A program made the translations under genes and the position numbers. The notes below the pieces were generated by a model. It saw only the letters and a list, made by a program, of their open reading frames with translations, was not told the DNA's origin and did no database searches. Shown here piece after piece: positions 46,456 to 56,770 of a DNA stretch of 64,000 nucleotides (within the stretch, counting starts at the first letter, position 1; every line of letters begins with the position of its first letter). Origin of the DNA: a virus (lineage: Duplodnaviria > Caudoviricetes); IMG/VR virus record IMGVR_UViG_2706796291_000001, positions 32,001 through 96,000 of that record. One strand, 5' to 3'.

Positions 46456-47359
46456 AGATGTAGTAATTATTGGTGGTGGAGTCGCAGGTACAACTGTGAC
46501 TTTATATCTTGCTCGTGCAGGATTCGAACCTGTCTTATTGACAGATGGTGAAATTGGTGGGAATCTTAATTCTATTGATACCATTCAAAATTACGTTGGA
46601 ATTTATAACGCAAAAGGTAATAATATTGCAGAAGCAATTTACACTCAACTTTATCAAGCTGGAATCATCAATAATGTTAAAGAAGATACAAAAGTAACTA
46701 ATGTTTCCAAAGATAAGAATGGTATTTATCTGATTACATATGAAAACCTCCTAGGTGCTGAGGATACTATTCTATCTAAAAACCTTGTCATTGCAACAGG
46801 TCAACACAATCTCAAACTTCCAATTGATGTAGAACAACACAACTGTGTTTTGTGTGATGGTTTTATGTTTAAAGGTGAACCAGTAGTTGTAATTGGTGGC
46901 GGAAATTCTGCTTTAACAGAAGCAATCGAACTAGCTAAAACATCAAGTAAAGTTTATCTCGTTACTCGTAAACCAGAGTTTCGTGCAGAACAACATTTAC
47001 AAAATGAAATTAAAAAATATGATAACATTGTTCACTCAGTAGGTAATCTTAAATCTGTAATTGGAGATTCATATATCTTCGATACTCATACTATTATTGC
47101 AAAAGGATTATTTGTTTACATTGGTTCAAGACCTAATACACAGTTTATGGAAGACGAATTAATTCTAACAGATAGTGGACACATTGATACAATAGGATAC
47201 AATGCTTTGGTTGGTGTTAAGGGTAGTCGTCATATGGATATTGACCGTAATTTATATGTTGTTGGAGATGTTAATGGCACGGTTGAAGCAAAGCAATTTG
47301 GTATTGCTATTGGTCAAGCCACAGAAGTCGCAGTTCGACTTATTAAAAAATTGTCATAA
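46445..47359 (+). CDS. trxB: Thioredoxin reductase
   Basis: IIGGGVAG, IATG, CVLCDG, VIGGGNSA, VVGD. Confidence 0.9.
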   Translation: MEIKDVVIIGGGVAGTTVTLYLARAGFEPVLLTDGEIGGNLNSIDTIQNYVGIYNAKGNNIAEAIYTQLYQAGIINNVKEDTKVTNVSKDKNGIYLITYENLLGAEDTILSKNLVIATGQHNLKLPIDVEQHNCVLCDGFMFKGEPVVVIGGGNSALTEAIELAKTSSKVYLVTRKPEFRAEQHLQNEIKKYDNIVHSVGNLKSVIGDSYIFDTHTIIAKGLFVYIGSRPNTQFMEDELILTDSGHIDTIGYNALVGVKGSRHMDIDRNLYVVGDVNGTVEAKQFGIAIGQATEVAVRLIKKLS

Positions 47360-47373
47360 TTATGACTTTATTC

Positions 47374-47402
47374 TTGACATATATTACTAATTATGATATA
47401 AT
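47374..47402 (+). promoter_or_regulatory. Sigma-A promoter
   Basis: TTGACA-17-TATAAT. Confidence 0.8.
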
Positions 47403-47437
47403 ATTATGAGTAATATGTTTAGAAAGGAGAACATTAA

Positions 47438-48118
47438 ATGGGTTCGAAAAGCGAACTGAGATTTGATAACTTAGAAAATATGGATAATATCCTTATTTTT
47501 GTTGGTTCGAGTGGAAGTGGTAAATCAACTCTTGTAGAACATATCAGAAAAAATTTAGGCATTCCTCAACTTGTCACTACTACAACACGTAATAAGAGAC
47601 ATAATGAAAAAGAAGGAAAAGATTATCACTTTGTTGAATTTGAAGAGTTTAACCGTCTAGTTGACAATGAGTCTTTTTTAGAGACTACAAACTATTCTGG
47701 TAATTTATATGGTTTAACTAAAGAAGAAATTGATAAAAATTCTAATAATGTATCAACCATTATTACAGATATTGATGGTGCTCGTACACTAGCAAATCTG
47801 TATCCAGACCGTGTTATGGTATTTTGGATGAAAAGTACACCTCTTAATCTCGTCAAAAGATTAAGAAAACGTGGTGAAAGTTGGTTCACAATCATGACTA
47901 GATTGTTTAATGCTTATCGTTCTAATGAATTTACCGCTCCATCATCGAAGTTTGTTGATGTAACATTTACGGTTATTCATTCAGAAGATGATATCATTAA
48001 TAATTTCGGAATAGTTTACTACAAGCTACTAACAGATGAGTTCAAAAAGAACACAGATTATTTACAAAAACTAGAAAAAGAAAAGGAACTAAACAATGGC
48101 AGAAAGACGCTACTATAA
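47438..48118 (+). CDS. gmk: Guanylate kinase
   Basis: GSSGSGKST, TTR..R..E.EG.DYHF, YSGNLYG. Confidence 0.85.
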   Translation: MGSKSELRFDNLENMDNILIFVGSSGSGKSTLVEHIRKNLGIPQLVTTTTRNKRHNEKEGKDYHFVEFEEFNRLVDNESFLETTNYSGNLYGLTKEEIDKNSNNVSTIITDIDGARTLANLYPDRVMVFWMKSTPLNLVKRLRKRGESWFTIMTRLFNAYRSNEFTAPSSKFVDVTFTVIHSEDDIINNFGIVYYKLLTDEFKKNTDYLQKLEKEKELNNGRKTLL

Positions 48119-48839
48119 AGCAGGAGAACAAGTATGGTCAAATAAAGATGGCGCAGTTGCTATCGTCAAAAGTGTAGATACTGTAAATAAGGAAATGACA
48201 GTTTATCTCCTTGATGAAAAAGGTAAGACAACTACAGTTACACGTAACCTCTGGGAATTTGATAAACTTCGTGGATTTAATAAATATGAGGCTGGAACAA
48301 TTGGTTTTGCTAAATTCCGTCCAACAGCTAAAATCCCCACTAAGAATCATTTTGAAGATGCAGGATTTGATGTTTATTTAGATATTCCTAAAGAACATAA
48401 ATGGAAAGATTTATCAGGTCAAGAACATGACTCATGGAATAATGGAGTCCTCTCTATTCATATCTTTAAAGGTAAACCAACCCTATTACCAACTGGTGTT
48501 GGTGTAAAAGTTTCAGAAGACTACTATACTGATTGGGCTAATGAACGTGGTTCAACTGGTTTACAAGGTATGGCTACACTTTCAGGTGTTGTTGATGCAG
48601 GATATCGTGGTGAAGTATTTCTTGATATTGCTCCAACTTATAAAGATATTATTATCACAAATGCCTATCAGGATGTTAAAGAAACTAATGATGAAATCTT
48701 CTTCCCAATTACAAAAGCTGTTGCTCAAATGATTGTACGTGATAATTTACATTTACGTGAATATGAATTATCTATTGATGATTTTAAAGATGAAGTAACT
48801 AATCGTGGAGATTCTAAGCTAGGTGCTTCTGGAAAATAA
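48096..48839 (+). CDS. dut: Trimeric dUTPase with N-terminal extension
   Basis: AGFD, ERGSTG, GVVDAGYRGE, AQ, RGDSKLGASG. Confidence 0.9.
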   Translation: MAERRYYKAGEQVWSNKDGAVAIVKSVDTVNKEMTVYLLDEKGKTTTVTRNLWEFDKLRGFNKYEAGTIGFAKFRPTAKIPTKNHFEDAGFDVYLDIPKEHKWKDLSGQEHDSWNNGVLSIHIFKGKPTLLPTGVGVKVSEDYYTDWANERGSTGLQGMATLSGVVDAGYRGEVFLDIAPTYKDIIITNAYQDVKETNDEIFFPITKAVAQMIVRDNLHLREYELSIDDFKDEVTNRGDSKLGASGK

Positions 48840-48879
48840 AGAATATATAAAACTAGCTTCGGCTAGTTTTTCGTTTCTC

Positions 48880-48908
48880 TTGACAAATTAGAAAAAATAT
48901 GATATAAT
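48880..48908 (+). promoter_or_regulatory. Sigma-A promoter after UUCG terminator at ~48849-48871
   Basis: aaaactagc-ttcg-gctagttttt; TTGACA-17-TATAAT. Confidence 0.85.
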
Positions 48909-48935
48909 ATTATTATAACAAAAAAGGAGAAAATA

Positions 48936-49697
48936 ATGAACTTAAAGCAATACTTAAAATTAACTGGCTTTGATAGTCCTGAGCCAAAAGGTGTTAACAT
49001 TGCAATTATTGATAGTGGATTTAATACACGAAATAAAAATGTGAAATACAGATTTAATGCTTTTGACAAATCAGATAACGTAAAAGATGAACGTGGACAT
49101 GGTACTGCCATTCTTGATGTTATCAGTACGGTTTCACCAAACTCAAACTTCTACTTATTTAAAGCTTTAGATAAAGATGGAAAAGGAACTATGTCATCAA
49201 TCTATGAGTCATTGATTCGTGTGCGTGATATTGAAGAAATTGATATTGTTTGTATGAGTTTCAGTAGTTTTCAAAAACTTAGTATTACAACTGAAAAAGC
49301 AATTAAAGAATGCCTTGAAAATAAAAAGATTCTAGTATCAGCATTAGGTAACGATGAACGCAAACAAGATACTTATCCAAGTGCTGTAGAAGGTGTGTAT
49401 AAAGTAGGTGCACTTTCTGAAAGCGTAACCTCACGTTACCCCTTATCAAACTATTCTCCAACAACTCACTTTGTAGCATTAGGTGAAAATATTCGTGCTA
49501 ACAAAGAACTACGTGAAGGTACAAGCTTTGCAACCGCTATTGTTGTTGGACAAATTGCAGAGATTATGTCTCACTATCAAATTAATAAAGAAGAAGTTGA
49601 TTATAAGTTATTTGAAGATTTATTCTTATCTAGTTCATCACGGACTATGGATATGGCTAAAGGTCATCTTCTTAAAGGGGGTAACGATGGTTTTTAG
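48936..49697 (+). CDS. Subtilisin-like S8 serine protease, cytoplasmic
   Basis: IAIIDSG, GHGT, LGND, GTSFAT; no signal or propeptide. Confidence 0.85.
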   Translation: MNLKQYLKLTGFDSPEPKGVNIAIIDSGFNTRNKNVKYRFNAFDKSDNVKDERGHGTAILDVISTVSPNSNFYLFKALDKDGKGTMSSIYESLIRVRDIEEIDIVCMSFSSFQKLSITTEKAIKECLENKKILVSALGNDERKQDTYPSAVEGVYKVGALSESVTSRYPLSNYSPTTHFVALGENIRANKELREGTSFATAIVVGQIAEIMSHYQINKEEVDYKLFEDLFLSSSSRTMDMAKGHLLKGGNDGF

Positions 49698-50208
49698 TGA
49701 TGAGTTTGAATTTAATTACCTGAAAACAATGTATGCTAGTGGATATAGTCTTGAAAACATTGACAAATATCTATCAGATTCAGGACACACTGCACAGGAT
49801 TTCATCAATGAATTAATCTTGCGTGAAGTGACAGTTAGTGAAACTAAAAAAACTGGTAAACGTTTATCAGAAGACTTGAAAAAACTAATTGCACAGCGTG
49901 ACGGAAATGGAATCTCCCGTACAGAAATCTTTAAAGAACTTAATCTTAATTTTGTAACTGTTCGTAGAGCTTGTGAGAAGTATGGCTCTGCAAATAAATA
50001 TAATGGGCGAGTGTCATATCGTGACATTTATGAGGTTGTTCCTTTTGCTATTAAGCGTGTGACAGATGGAATCACTTGTCCTATCTGTAGAGGACGTGCT
50101 AATAGTACAGAGGGCTCTCCTGATATTTTCTTTTGTGTTAAATGCTTAGAAGAATATACTATTCGTCATCAAAAATTATATCGTACACGTTGGGAAAATG
50201 TTGACTAA
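49687..50208 (+). CDS. HTH + Zn-ribbon protein
   Basis: GISRTEIFKELNLNFVTVRRAC; CPIC...CVKC. Confidence 0.6.
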   Translation: MVFSDEFEFNYLKTMYASGYSLENIDKYLSDSGHTAQDFINELILREVTVSETKKTGKRLSEDLKKLIAQRDGNGISRTEIFKELNLNFVTVRRACEKYGSANKYNGRVSYRDIYEVVPFAIKRVTDGITCPICRGRANSTEGSPDIFFCVKCLEEYTIRHQKLYRTRWENVD

Positions 50209-50249
50209 AAATAAAATAAAATAAAAAAAAGAACACAAGGAGAAATAAA

Positions 50250-50882
50250 ATGACATACCAATTGAAAGTAATTTACCCTAAACAAGAATCTATTGAATCA
50301 AATAAATTCACTGAACGTAGCCATAACGAGTTGATTGATGATGTATCTGCTGAGGATGCAATTAAGACTTATAAAGACTTGCTGTTACAAGGATACTCTA
50401 TCGCAACATCATTTACACCACCAGAAATTGTAGAAGATGAAAATTTTGATGCATTTGTTGTAGCTAAAAATCTTGAATTGGCAGGGTTACAATATACAGC
50501 AACCATCAAGCTCAAAAGTAAAACAGATTACGAGGGTGCTAAAGAGATTACTAGGGTTATTGAACAACAAGGGTTTGATTATTCAGTGACAGCTAAATTA
50601 AATATTAACGAAAATTCACCTGTAGACTTTGAAAAGGAAAGTACTTGGTTTGATTCTGAATACGCTTCATACTCTGTATTACCTAAAGCTAAAAGCTACG
50701 ACATTATGGATTTAAAATCTCTATATGAAACACTATCAGATATGAATCTAAAAGTGTCAATCGGTCTTAAGATGCGTACTAAAAAAGACAACGATGAGGT
50801 TTTTGAACAGCAACTGGATTCTTATCCAGATGACACACTTATTATTTTAAAACTAAAGGATGGAGATATATATGGTGAATAA
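50250..50882 (+). CDS. Acidic hypothetical protein
   Basis: AAGGAG RBS. Confidence 0.65.
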   Translation: MTYQLKVIYPKQESIESNKFTERSHNELIDDVSAEDAIKTYKDLLLQGYSIATSFTPPEIVEDENFDAFVVAKNLELAGLQYTATIKLKSKTDYEGAKEITRVIEQQGFDYSVTAKLNINENSPVDFEKESTWFDSEYASYSVLPKAKSYDIMDLKSLYETLSDMNLKVSIGLKMRTKKDNDEVFEQQLDSYPDDTLIILKLKDGDIYGE

Positions 50883-51207
50883 AGTATATGCTGATGCCAT
50901 ATTATTAAAGTATGAACAAGGTGAATATGAAGACTATGAACTAGTAGTTTTTAATGTTTTAGATAAAAATTCAACACTACTAGAGATTACTGATGTTACA
51001 AAGTTATTCTTAAAAGAGTATGTTCATAATGAAGATTACCTATCTTATACTGGAATGACGATATTTGCTGAACATTGGAAAAACGGAAAAATGGTAAAGA
51101 ATATTAAAATAGGTAACGTTCACGATGATGACGATAGAGATGGTTTACCAGTTTGGAAATGCGATTGGGAAATTGATGAAACTGAATACTTTTATCCATA
51201 TGGTTAA
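50872..51207 (+). CDS. Hypothetical protein
   Basis: GGAG RBS. Confidence 0.6.
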   Translation: MVNKVYADAILLKYEQGEYEDYELVVFNVLDKNSTLLEITDVTKLFLKEYVHNEDYLSYTGMTIFAEHWKNGKMVKNIKIGNVHDDDDRDGLPVWKCDWEIDETEYFYPYG

Positions 51208-51233
51208 TAAATTAAAATAGTTAGGGCTTAGTC

Positions 51234-51262
51234 TTGACTATTTTTTTGTTTTATGATATAAT
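51234..51262 (+). promoter_or_regulatory. dnaE promoter overlapping terminator
   Basis: TTGACT-17-TATAAT. Confidence 0.8.
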
Positions 51263-51303
51263 AGATATATAACAAAATATTTAAAAAATATAGGAGGAAT
51301 TGA

Positions 51304-54300
51304 ATGACAGACTTAAATGCATTAACATATCAAAACATTCACTCGCACAGTTTTTATTCAAATATTTCAACACATGACTCAGTTATATCTCGTACAGATG
51401 TTGCAGAACGTGCTGTTGAGCTAGGACATACAACTTTATCATGTATTGAACATGGTTATATGGGGAATGTATTTGAAACTTATAGAATTGCCAAAGAATT
51501 TAATCTTAAACTAATCTTTGGAACAGAGTTCTATTATGTTAAAGACCGCTTCGAGAAAGACCGTACCAACTCTCACTTACTTGTTGTAGCTAAGAATGAG
51601 AATGGAAAAGAAGCTATCACAGGGCTTATTTCAGAATCATATCAAACTGGATTCTATGGACGTAACCGTATTGACGAAGAATTATTATTCTCTCTTCCAA
51701 AAGACGATGTTATTGTAACAACTGCTTGTATTGCAAGCCCTATCAATCTCTATGATGGATATGCTGACTACTTTATTCCAAAGGCTAAAGCTTACTTTGG
51801 TGACAATTTCTTTTTAGAAGTTCAACCACATTGGAATAAAAAGCAAGCTGACTTTAATAAAAAGTTAGTTGAATACCGTAAAGAATATAATGTTCCTTTT
51901 ATCTTAGGTGTTGATACTCATTATATCAAAGAAGAAGATTATAAAATGCGTGACATCTATCTTAAATCTCGTAAAATTGTTTATGATAAAGAGGAGGGGT
52001 TCTTCATGGACTATCCTGAAACAAAAACAATCATTGAGAGATTTAACAAACAGGCTGTATTGAGTGACGAACAAATCACAGAAGCTTTTAATAACAGCCA
52101 TATTGTTGATGAGTTTGATTCTATTGAGATTACCGATGATATTAAAATGCCATCAGTTTACCCAGATAAAACAGAAGAAGAAAAGGTTGAGATTCTTAAA
52201 AAGCATATTAATAAAGCTTGGATTGAAGACCGTAAACATATTCCAAAAGAACGTCATAAGGAGTATATCGAAGCTATTAAATCAGAGATGTCTATTGTAG
52301 AGAATACTCACATGACAGATTACTTCTTGATGAATGAAAAAATTATTAGTTTAGGAAAAGAGAAATATGGTGGAGTCTTGACTAAGACAGGAAGAGGGAG
52401 CGCACCTTCTTTCTACTTAAATAAACTACTTGATTTTACAGCAGTAGACCGTGTCAATTCGCCATTAAAATTATATCCTACTCGATTTATGTCTGAATCA
52501 CGTATACTAGAGGCAAAAAGTTTACCAGATGTGGATTTTAATACGGCTAATCCAGAACCTTTTATGAGAGCTCAGAAAGAAATTTTAGGTGAAGATAACG
52601 CTTATCAAATGATTGCCTATGGAACAATGCAAGAAAAAGATGCTTTCAAAACATATTGTCGTGGGTTAGATATTCCAAAAAATGAATATTGGACAATTGC
52701 GGAAGACCTTGAGCGTTGGGTTAAAACTGATAAGTGGAGAGATATTATTAAAGCTAGTCAACAATTTATTGGTGTTGTAACATCATTCTCACCTCACCCA
52801 TGTTCATCATTACTTTTGTCAGACCCTATCTCTCGCAAGATTGGTATAATTAAAACAAAAGAAGGTGTTGATGTTGCATTGATTGGTTCTTATGACTCAG
52901 ATGTTTATAAATATCTCAAGAACGACTTACTCGTTGTAACCGTTTGGGATATCATCGCTAAAGTATGCAAAGAACTAAAAATTGAAATCCCTGATGTACG
53001 TACATTGTCAAATTTAGTAGCTAACGATGATAAAGTATGGGACTTGTATAAAGATGGAATGGTTGCAACTCTTAATCAAGCTGGAACACCTTCTGGCAAG
53101 CCACAAGTTATGCAATATAAACCTCAAAGTGTTCGTGAATTAAGTATGTGGGTTGCAGGTATTCGCCCTTCATTCGCAAGTATGAAATCCTATTTCTTAA
53201 ATAGACAACCTTTTAGCTATAACATCCCAGCCTTTGATAAACTTCTTAAGGACAGTGATAATTTCGTGCTCTTCCAAGAATCAATTATGGCAACCTTACA
53301 ATTCGCTGGATACGAAGAAGATGTTACTTATGGACTTCTTAAAGCTATTGCCAAGAAGAAAAAAGGTATCATTGAACCTATCCATGACAAATTCATTGAA
53401 GGATTCGTAGCTAAAACTGGTTCAGAAGAACAAGCTTTGAAAGTTTGGACTATCATTGAGAATGCCGTTGGGTATAGTTTTAACTCATCTCATGCCTACT
53501 CTGTAGCTCTTGATTCATTATATGGCGCATGGCTTAAAGCAACTTATCCTCTCGTTTATTTTGCTGTGGTTTTGAATGTTTACAAAAACTCCAAAGATAA
53601 ACAAGCTGAATTAATTAACGAACTAGAATACTTTGGAATAACTCTTAAAGGATTACAATTTGGTAAATCTAAATCAGACTATTCATATGAAACAGATACT
53701 AATACTATTTATAAAGGTATTTCTACCGTGGCTTATCTTAACAGTCAAGTGGCAGATAATCTATATAAGTTATCTAAAGAGAAAGAATATATATCTGACG
53801 ATACGGTTCAACTCTTTCTTGACATCTTAGATGGTGCTCTTGCCGACAATAGACAAATGAATATCTTGATTAAACTTGGATTCTTTAAAGAATTTGGTGA
53901 AGAATCAATACTTCTTGAACTTTACAATACTATGACTGGATACCAATCTAAAAAGCCTAATCCTATCTTCACGGATAATAAAAAGCTTGATGTTAAATAT
54001 TCACGTACACACAAAGAGAAAACTAAACTTGTGCGCATTGAAAACATTAAAGAATATTATGGTTTGATATTGAAAAATGCTCATTTACTTCCTACGACTA
54101 ATCTATTTGATAGACTTACAAGTGAAGTTGAGTACATGGGATATGCTGAAACTCTTGACCAAAGTCTTGGAAAAGATGTTTACGTTGTTATGGATATTAA
54201 TACTAAGTATACGCCAGTCTATACTCTATATAATATGTATGATGGACACATCTCTGTTGCTAAGATTGACAAAAAGAAAGCTTACCGTGATACAAAATCA

Positions 54301-54465
54301 ACCAAAGATGGAGAATTAATCATCAAACGTGGAGACCAGATTGAAGTTATGGAATTTGCTCAAAGACCTAAGATGGCTTTAGTTGATGGCAAGTGGGAAT
54401 CAAATTATGACCAAATGCAAGATTATATCGAACATGTTAGACTGATTGAACGTTATGAAGATTAA
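51304..54465 (+). CDS. dnaE: DNA polymerase III alpha (family C)
   Basis: PHP HSHS..EHG..DTH; GRGSA; LPDVDF; YSFNSSHAYS. Confidence 0.93.
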   Translation: MTDLNALTYQNIHSHSFYSNISTHDSVISRTDVAERAVELGHTTLSCIEHGYMGNVFETYRIAKEFNLKLIFGTEFYYVKDRFEKDRTNSHLLVVAKNENGKEAITGLISESYQTGFYGRNRIDEELLFSLPKDDVIVTTACIASPINLYDGYADYFIPKAKAYFGDNFFLEVQPHWNKKQADFNKKLVEYRKEYNVPFILGVDTHYIKEEDYKMRDIYLKSRKIVYDKEEGFFMDYPETKTIIERFNKQAVLSDEQITEAFNNSHIVDEFDSIEITDDIKMPSVYPDKTEEEKVEILKKHINKAWIEDRKHIPKERHKEYIEAIKSEMSIVENTHMTDYFLMNEKIISLGKEKYGGVLTKTGRGSAPSFYLNKLLDFTAVDRVNSPLKLYPTRFMSESRILEAKSLPDVDFNTANPEPFMRAQKEILGEDNAYQMIAYGTMQEKDAFKTYCRGLDIPKNEYWTIAEDLERWVKTDKWRDIIKASQQFIGVVTSFSPHPCSSLLLSDPISRKIGIIKTKEGVDVALIGSYDSDVYKYLKNDLLVVTVWDIIAKVCKELKIEIPDVRTLSNLVANDDKVWDLYKDGMVATLNQAGTPSGKPQVMQYKPQSVRELSMWVAGIRPSFASMKSYFLNRQPFSYNIPAFDKLLKDSDNFVLFQESIMATLQFAGYEEDVTYGLLKAIAKKKKGIIEPIHDKFIEGFVAKTGSEEQALKVWTIIENAVGYSFNSSHAYSVALDSLYGAWLKATYPLVYFAVVLNVYKNSKDKQAELINELEYFGITLKGLQFGKSKSDYSYETDTNTIYKGISTVAYLNSQVADNLYKLSKEKEYISDDTVQLFLDILDGALADNRQMNILIKLGFFKEFGEESILLELYNTMTGYQSKKPNPIFTDNKKLDVKYSRTHKEKTKLVRIENIKEYYGLILKNAHLLPTTNLFDRLTSEVEYMGYAETLDQSLGKDVYVVMDINTKYTPVYTLYNMYDGHISVAKIDKKKAYRDTKSTKDGELIIKRGDQIEVMEFAQRPKMALVDGKWESNYDQMQDYIEHVRLIERYED

Positions 54466-54488
54466 ATAAATTTGTAATACACCTGTAA

Positions 54489-54517
54489 TTGACTTTATAG
54501 GTGTATTTTGGTATAAT
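54489..54517 (+). promoter_or_regulatory. Sigma-A promoter, -35 in terminator loop
   Basis: aatacacctgtaa-TTGACT-ttataggtgtatt. Confidence 0.8.
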
Positions 54518-54548
54518 TAATATATAGAAAACATAAGGAGAGTCAATA

Positions 54549-54725
54549 ATGGAATTAAAAGAAATTGAACCAGCTATCATTGGGTTTACTGGTGGACTTG
54601 GTGACCACGAATATGTACTTGAGCGTGGGGAAGTCACAAGCATAGGGTATTTTGCAAAAAATGAAAATCTCTACACAGAAACACAAGTCAAAGAACTACT
54701 TGAAAGTAAAGGAGAAGATAAATGA
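54549..54725 (+). CDS. 58-aa hypothetical protein (not in ORF track)
   Basis: AAGGAG RBS; MELKEIEPAIIG... Confidence 0.55.
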   Translation: MELKEIEPAIIGFTGGLGDHEYVLERGEVTSIGYFAKNENLYTETQVKELLESKGEDK

Positions 54726-54997
54726 AATTCGATATTAAGACAGCACTAATCACAAGTGGAGCATTGTTAACACTGGGAGCATTGCAAGGTTCGGGTGTTG
54801 AGAATCCAAATAAAAACTTCACAAATGTTAATCGAGTAAAGTTATTCCAAAACAAATACACTATTGGTCGCGAACCTAATAAAGGTTACACTGACTATAC
54901 AAAAATGAATGATTTTATTAAAAAACATCCTCAAGGATTTTTGACAGAATCAGCTAGTAAATATGGAGTTAATTACACATACACCTATCATGAATAA
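54722..54997 (+). CDS. Small exported/membrane protein
   Basis: Hydrophobic N-terminus. Confidence 0.55.
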   Translation: MKFDIKTALITSGALLTLGALQGSGVENPNKNFTNVNRVKLFQNKYTIGREPNKGYTDYTKMNDFIKKHPQGFLTESASKYGVNYTYTYHE

Positions 54998-55009
54998 GGA
55001 GAAAATAAC

Positions 55010-55342
55010 ATGAAAATTAATTTAAACAATGAAGACCTTATGCAAATGATGCTTGAGCCACGTGAATTTGTAGATGTCAGCTTTATCTTTATTAACGTTG
55101 TGATGGAAGGTCTATCGCCAGAAGATTGGTATCTTACAGAGATTCCTTCTGAACGTGTTTATCTTTTTGAGAACACAAGTGGTGATAAATTCTTTGACAT
55201 TTATTTCTTAGATGATAATATTGTCCGTCCACAGTACTTTAAATCACCAGAGAACTGGGATGGTAACCCTGAAACATACATCAATGTTCATGACACAGAA
55301 ACAATCAAAGAAGCTATTGAAAAATACGAAGTGGGAGAATAA
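55010..55342 (+). CDS. Hypothetical protein
   Basis: AAGGAG RBS. Confidence 0.6.
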   Translation: MKINLNNEDLMQMMLEPREFVDVSFIFINVVMEGLSPEDWYLTEIPSERVYLFENTSGDKFFDIYFLDDNIVRPQYFKSPENWDGNPETYINVHDTETIKEAIEKYEVGE

Positions 55343-55344
55343 CC

Positions 55345-55695
55345 ATGAATAAAGCAATAGAATCACAACTAAAAAGAATCGAACCTGTCTCGAAACTAAA
55401 AATGTTCGTTGGCGATACAAAAATCTATGATACAACCAGAGAATATAATGACCAGATTAAAGAGACAGATGTTTACACTTTGGAACAGATGATTGAATTT
55501 GCAAAATTTGTTTCTGGATATACAGCAGAGTATGTTTCTTATGAACTTGATGAAGCTTGTTGGGAAATGGAAGGTCATATGTTAGGAATATCCTATAGTG
55601 CTCAAGACGCAATTAAAGAATTATTCGAGGATAATGATAATGGAAAAGAATCTGTAGATGGTAACCCAAAACTTACTCTTGAAGATTTTTTGTAA
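55345..55695 (+). CDS. Hypothetical protein
   Basis: GGGAG RBS. Confidence 0.6.
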   Translation: MNKAIESQLKRIEPVSKLKMFVGDTKIYDTTREYNDQIKETDVYTLEQMIEFAKFVSGYTAEYVSYELDEACWEMEGHMLGISYSAQDAIKELFEDNDNGKESVDGNPKLTLEDFL

Positions 55696-55738
55696 AATCT
55701 GTTGGCATCATGATTGATTAAAAAATCACACTTATCTC

Positions 55739-55767
55739 TTGACAATCATCTGTCATTATGATATAAT
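55739..55767 (+). promoter_or_regulatory. Sigma-A promoter
   Basis: TTGACA-17-TATAAT. Confidence 0.85.
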
Positions 55768-55828
55768 ATATATATAGGTTAAAGCAATAGCCTAAATAAA
55801 AACTTAATTCCAAAAGGAGAAAAACACT

Positions 55829-56074
55829 ATGTCTAAAACAAAATTCTACGCACTCTACAATGGTACTCGTAAAGAAAAATCTGTAGGAACTGAACGTGTC
55901 TTCGATAAGAAGACTGGTAAACGTGTTCAAAAACAAGTTGAACGTGAAGTCTCTGTTGGAACTTCTTACGTATTTGATTTGTTGTCTGAAACACGTATCG
56001 GTGCTCGTCAAGAAGCATTGGTAATTGCTCGTGAAGAAGGACTTAAATTTGCAGGTTTGCATCTTTATAAATAA
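55829..56074 (+). CDS. Small basic protein, monocistronic
   Basis: Own promoter and terminator; Arg mostly CGT, typical of highly expressed genes. Confidence 0.65.
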   Translation: MSKTKFYALYNGTRKEKSVGTERVFDKKTGKRVQKQVEREVSVGTSYVFDLLSETRIGARQEALVIAREEGLKFAGLHLYK

Positions 56075-56108
56075 TAAAAAAGAGAGAAATTAATTCTCTC
56101 TTTTTTTT
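56075..56108. terminator. Bidirectional terminator at convergence point
   Basis: aaaaaagagagaa-atta-attctctctttttttt. Confidence 0.85.
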
Positions 56109-56770
56109 GCAGTATTTTCAAGGTCTTTAAACATTTTATCAATATCAAATTCTTTAGGAGTTTTTGCTTCTTTGACGATTGTCTTTTTAGAAGTCTTTTT
56201 CTTTTTAGTTCCAGCCGACTTCTTCTTAGTGCCATTCTTAGGCTTTTTGAGAGCTTCTATTTCACTCTTGGTATAAGCTTTAGGCTTAGTCCATTTAAGT
56301 CCATTCTTGACGAGATAAGCGTATGCAACAGCCATTGCATCAGACTCATCATCAGAATTAAATGTCATATTCAAATGTTTGCTTAAGATGTCTTCAACTT
56401 CTTCTTTGCTTGCATTTCCTTTATATAGTGTTTCACGTATTGTTTTTGCTGGGTAATAAATGTTTTCAACCTCAGAGAATACTAGATTGAAGATTCCATG
56501 AACACGGAATACTACTTGAGTAGATGCATTAAATCTTGTGAATCCTCTTTCGATTACAGCTACACTAGGTGGATATTCCCTTGTAAGTCTAGTTAGTTCT
56601 TCATAGATAAATCTCAACTTCTTTGGATTTCTTGTTTCATCTGGAAGCTTCTTATACTCCTTGATATTGTCTGTTCTGATACTCCCAACATATACTATTT
56701 CTTTTGTATCTTCGTCTATAATAACAATGCCAGAGTTCTTCAATGAAGGGTCTAGTCCATATATATACAT
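56090..56770 (-). CDS. ruvC: RuvC-like Holliday junction resolvase
   Basis: GLDPSLKNSG, VIER, GNASKEEV, DESDAMAVA. Confidence 0.85.
   Translation of the reverse strand: MYIYGLDPSLKNSGIVIIDEDTKEIVYVGSIRTDNIKEYKKLPDETRNPKKLRFIYEELTRLTREYPPSVAVIERGFTRFNASTQVVFRVHGIFNLVFSEVENIYYPAKTIRETLYKGNASKEEVEDILSKHLNMTFNSDDESDAMAVAYAYLVKNGLKWTKPKAYTKSEIEALKKPKNGTKKKSAGTKKKKTSKKTIVKEAKTPKEFDIDKMFKDLENTAKKREN

Noticed and set aside
243-56062. Short minus-strand and nested ORFs in the track (e.g. 13044-13367, 21612-21923, 42733-43041, 55718-56062)
   Set aside because: They shadow well-supported + strand genes or promoters, with no recognisable motifs.
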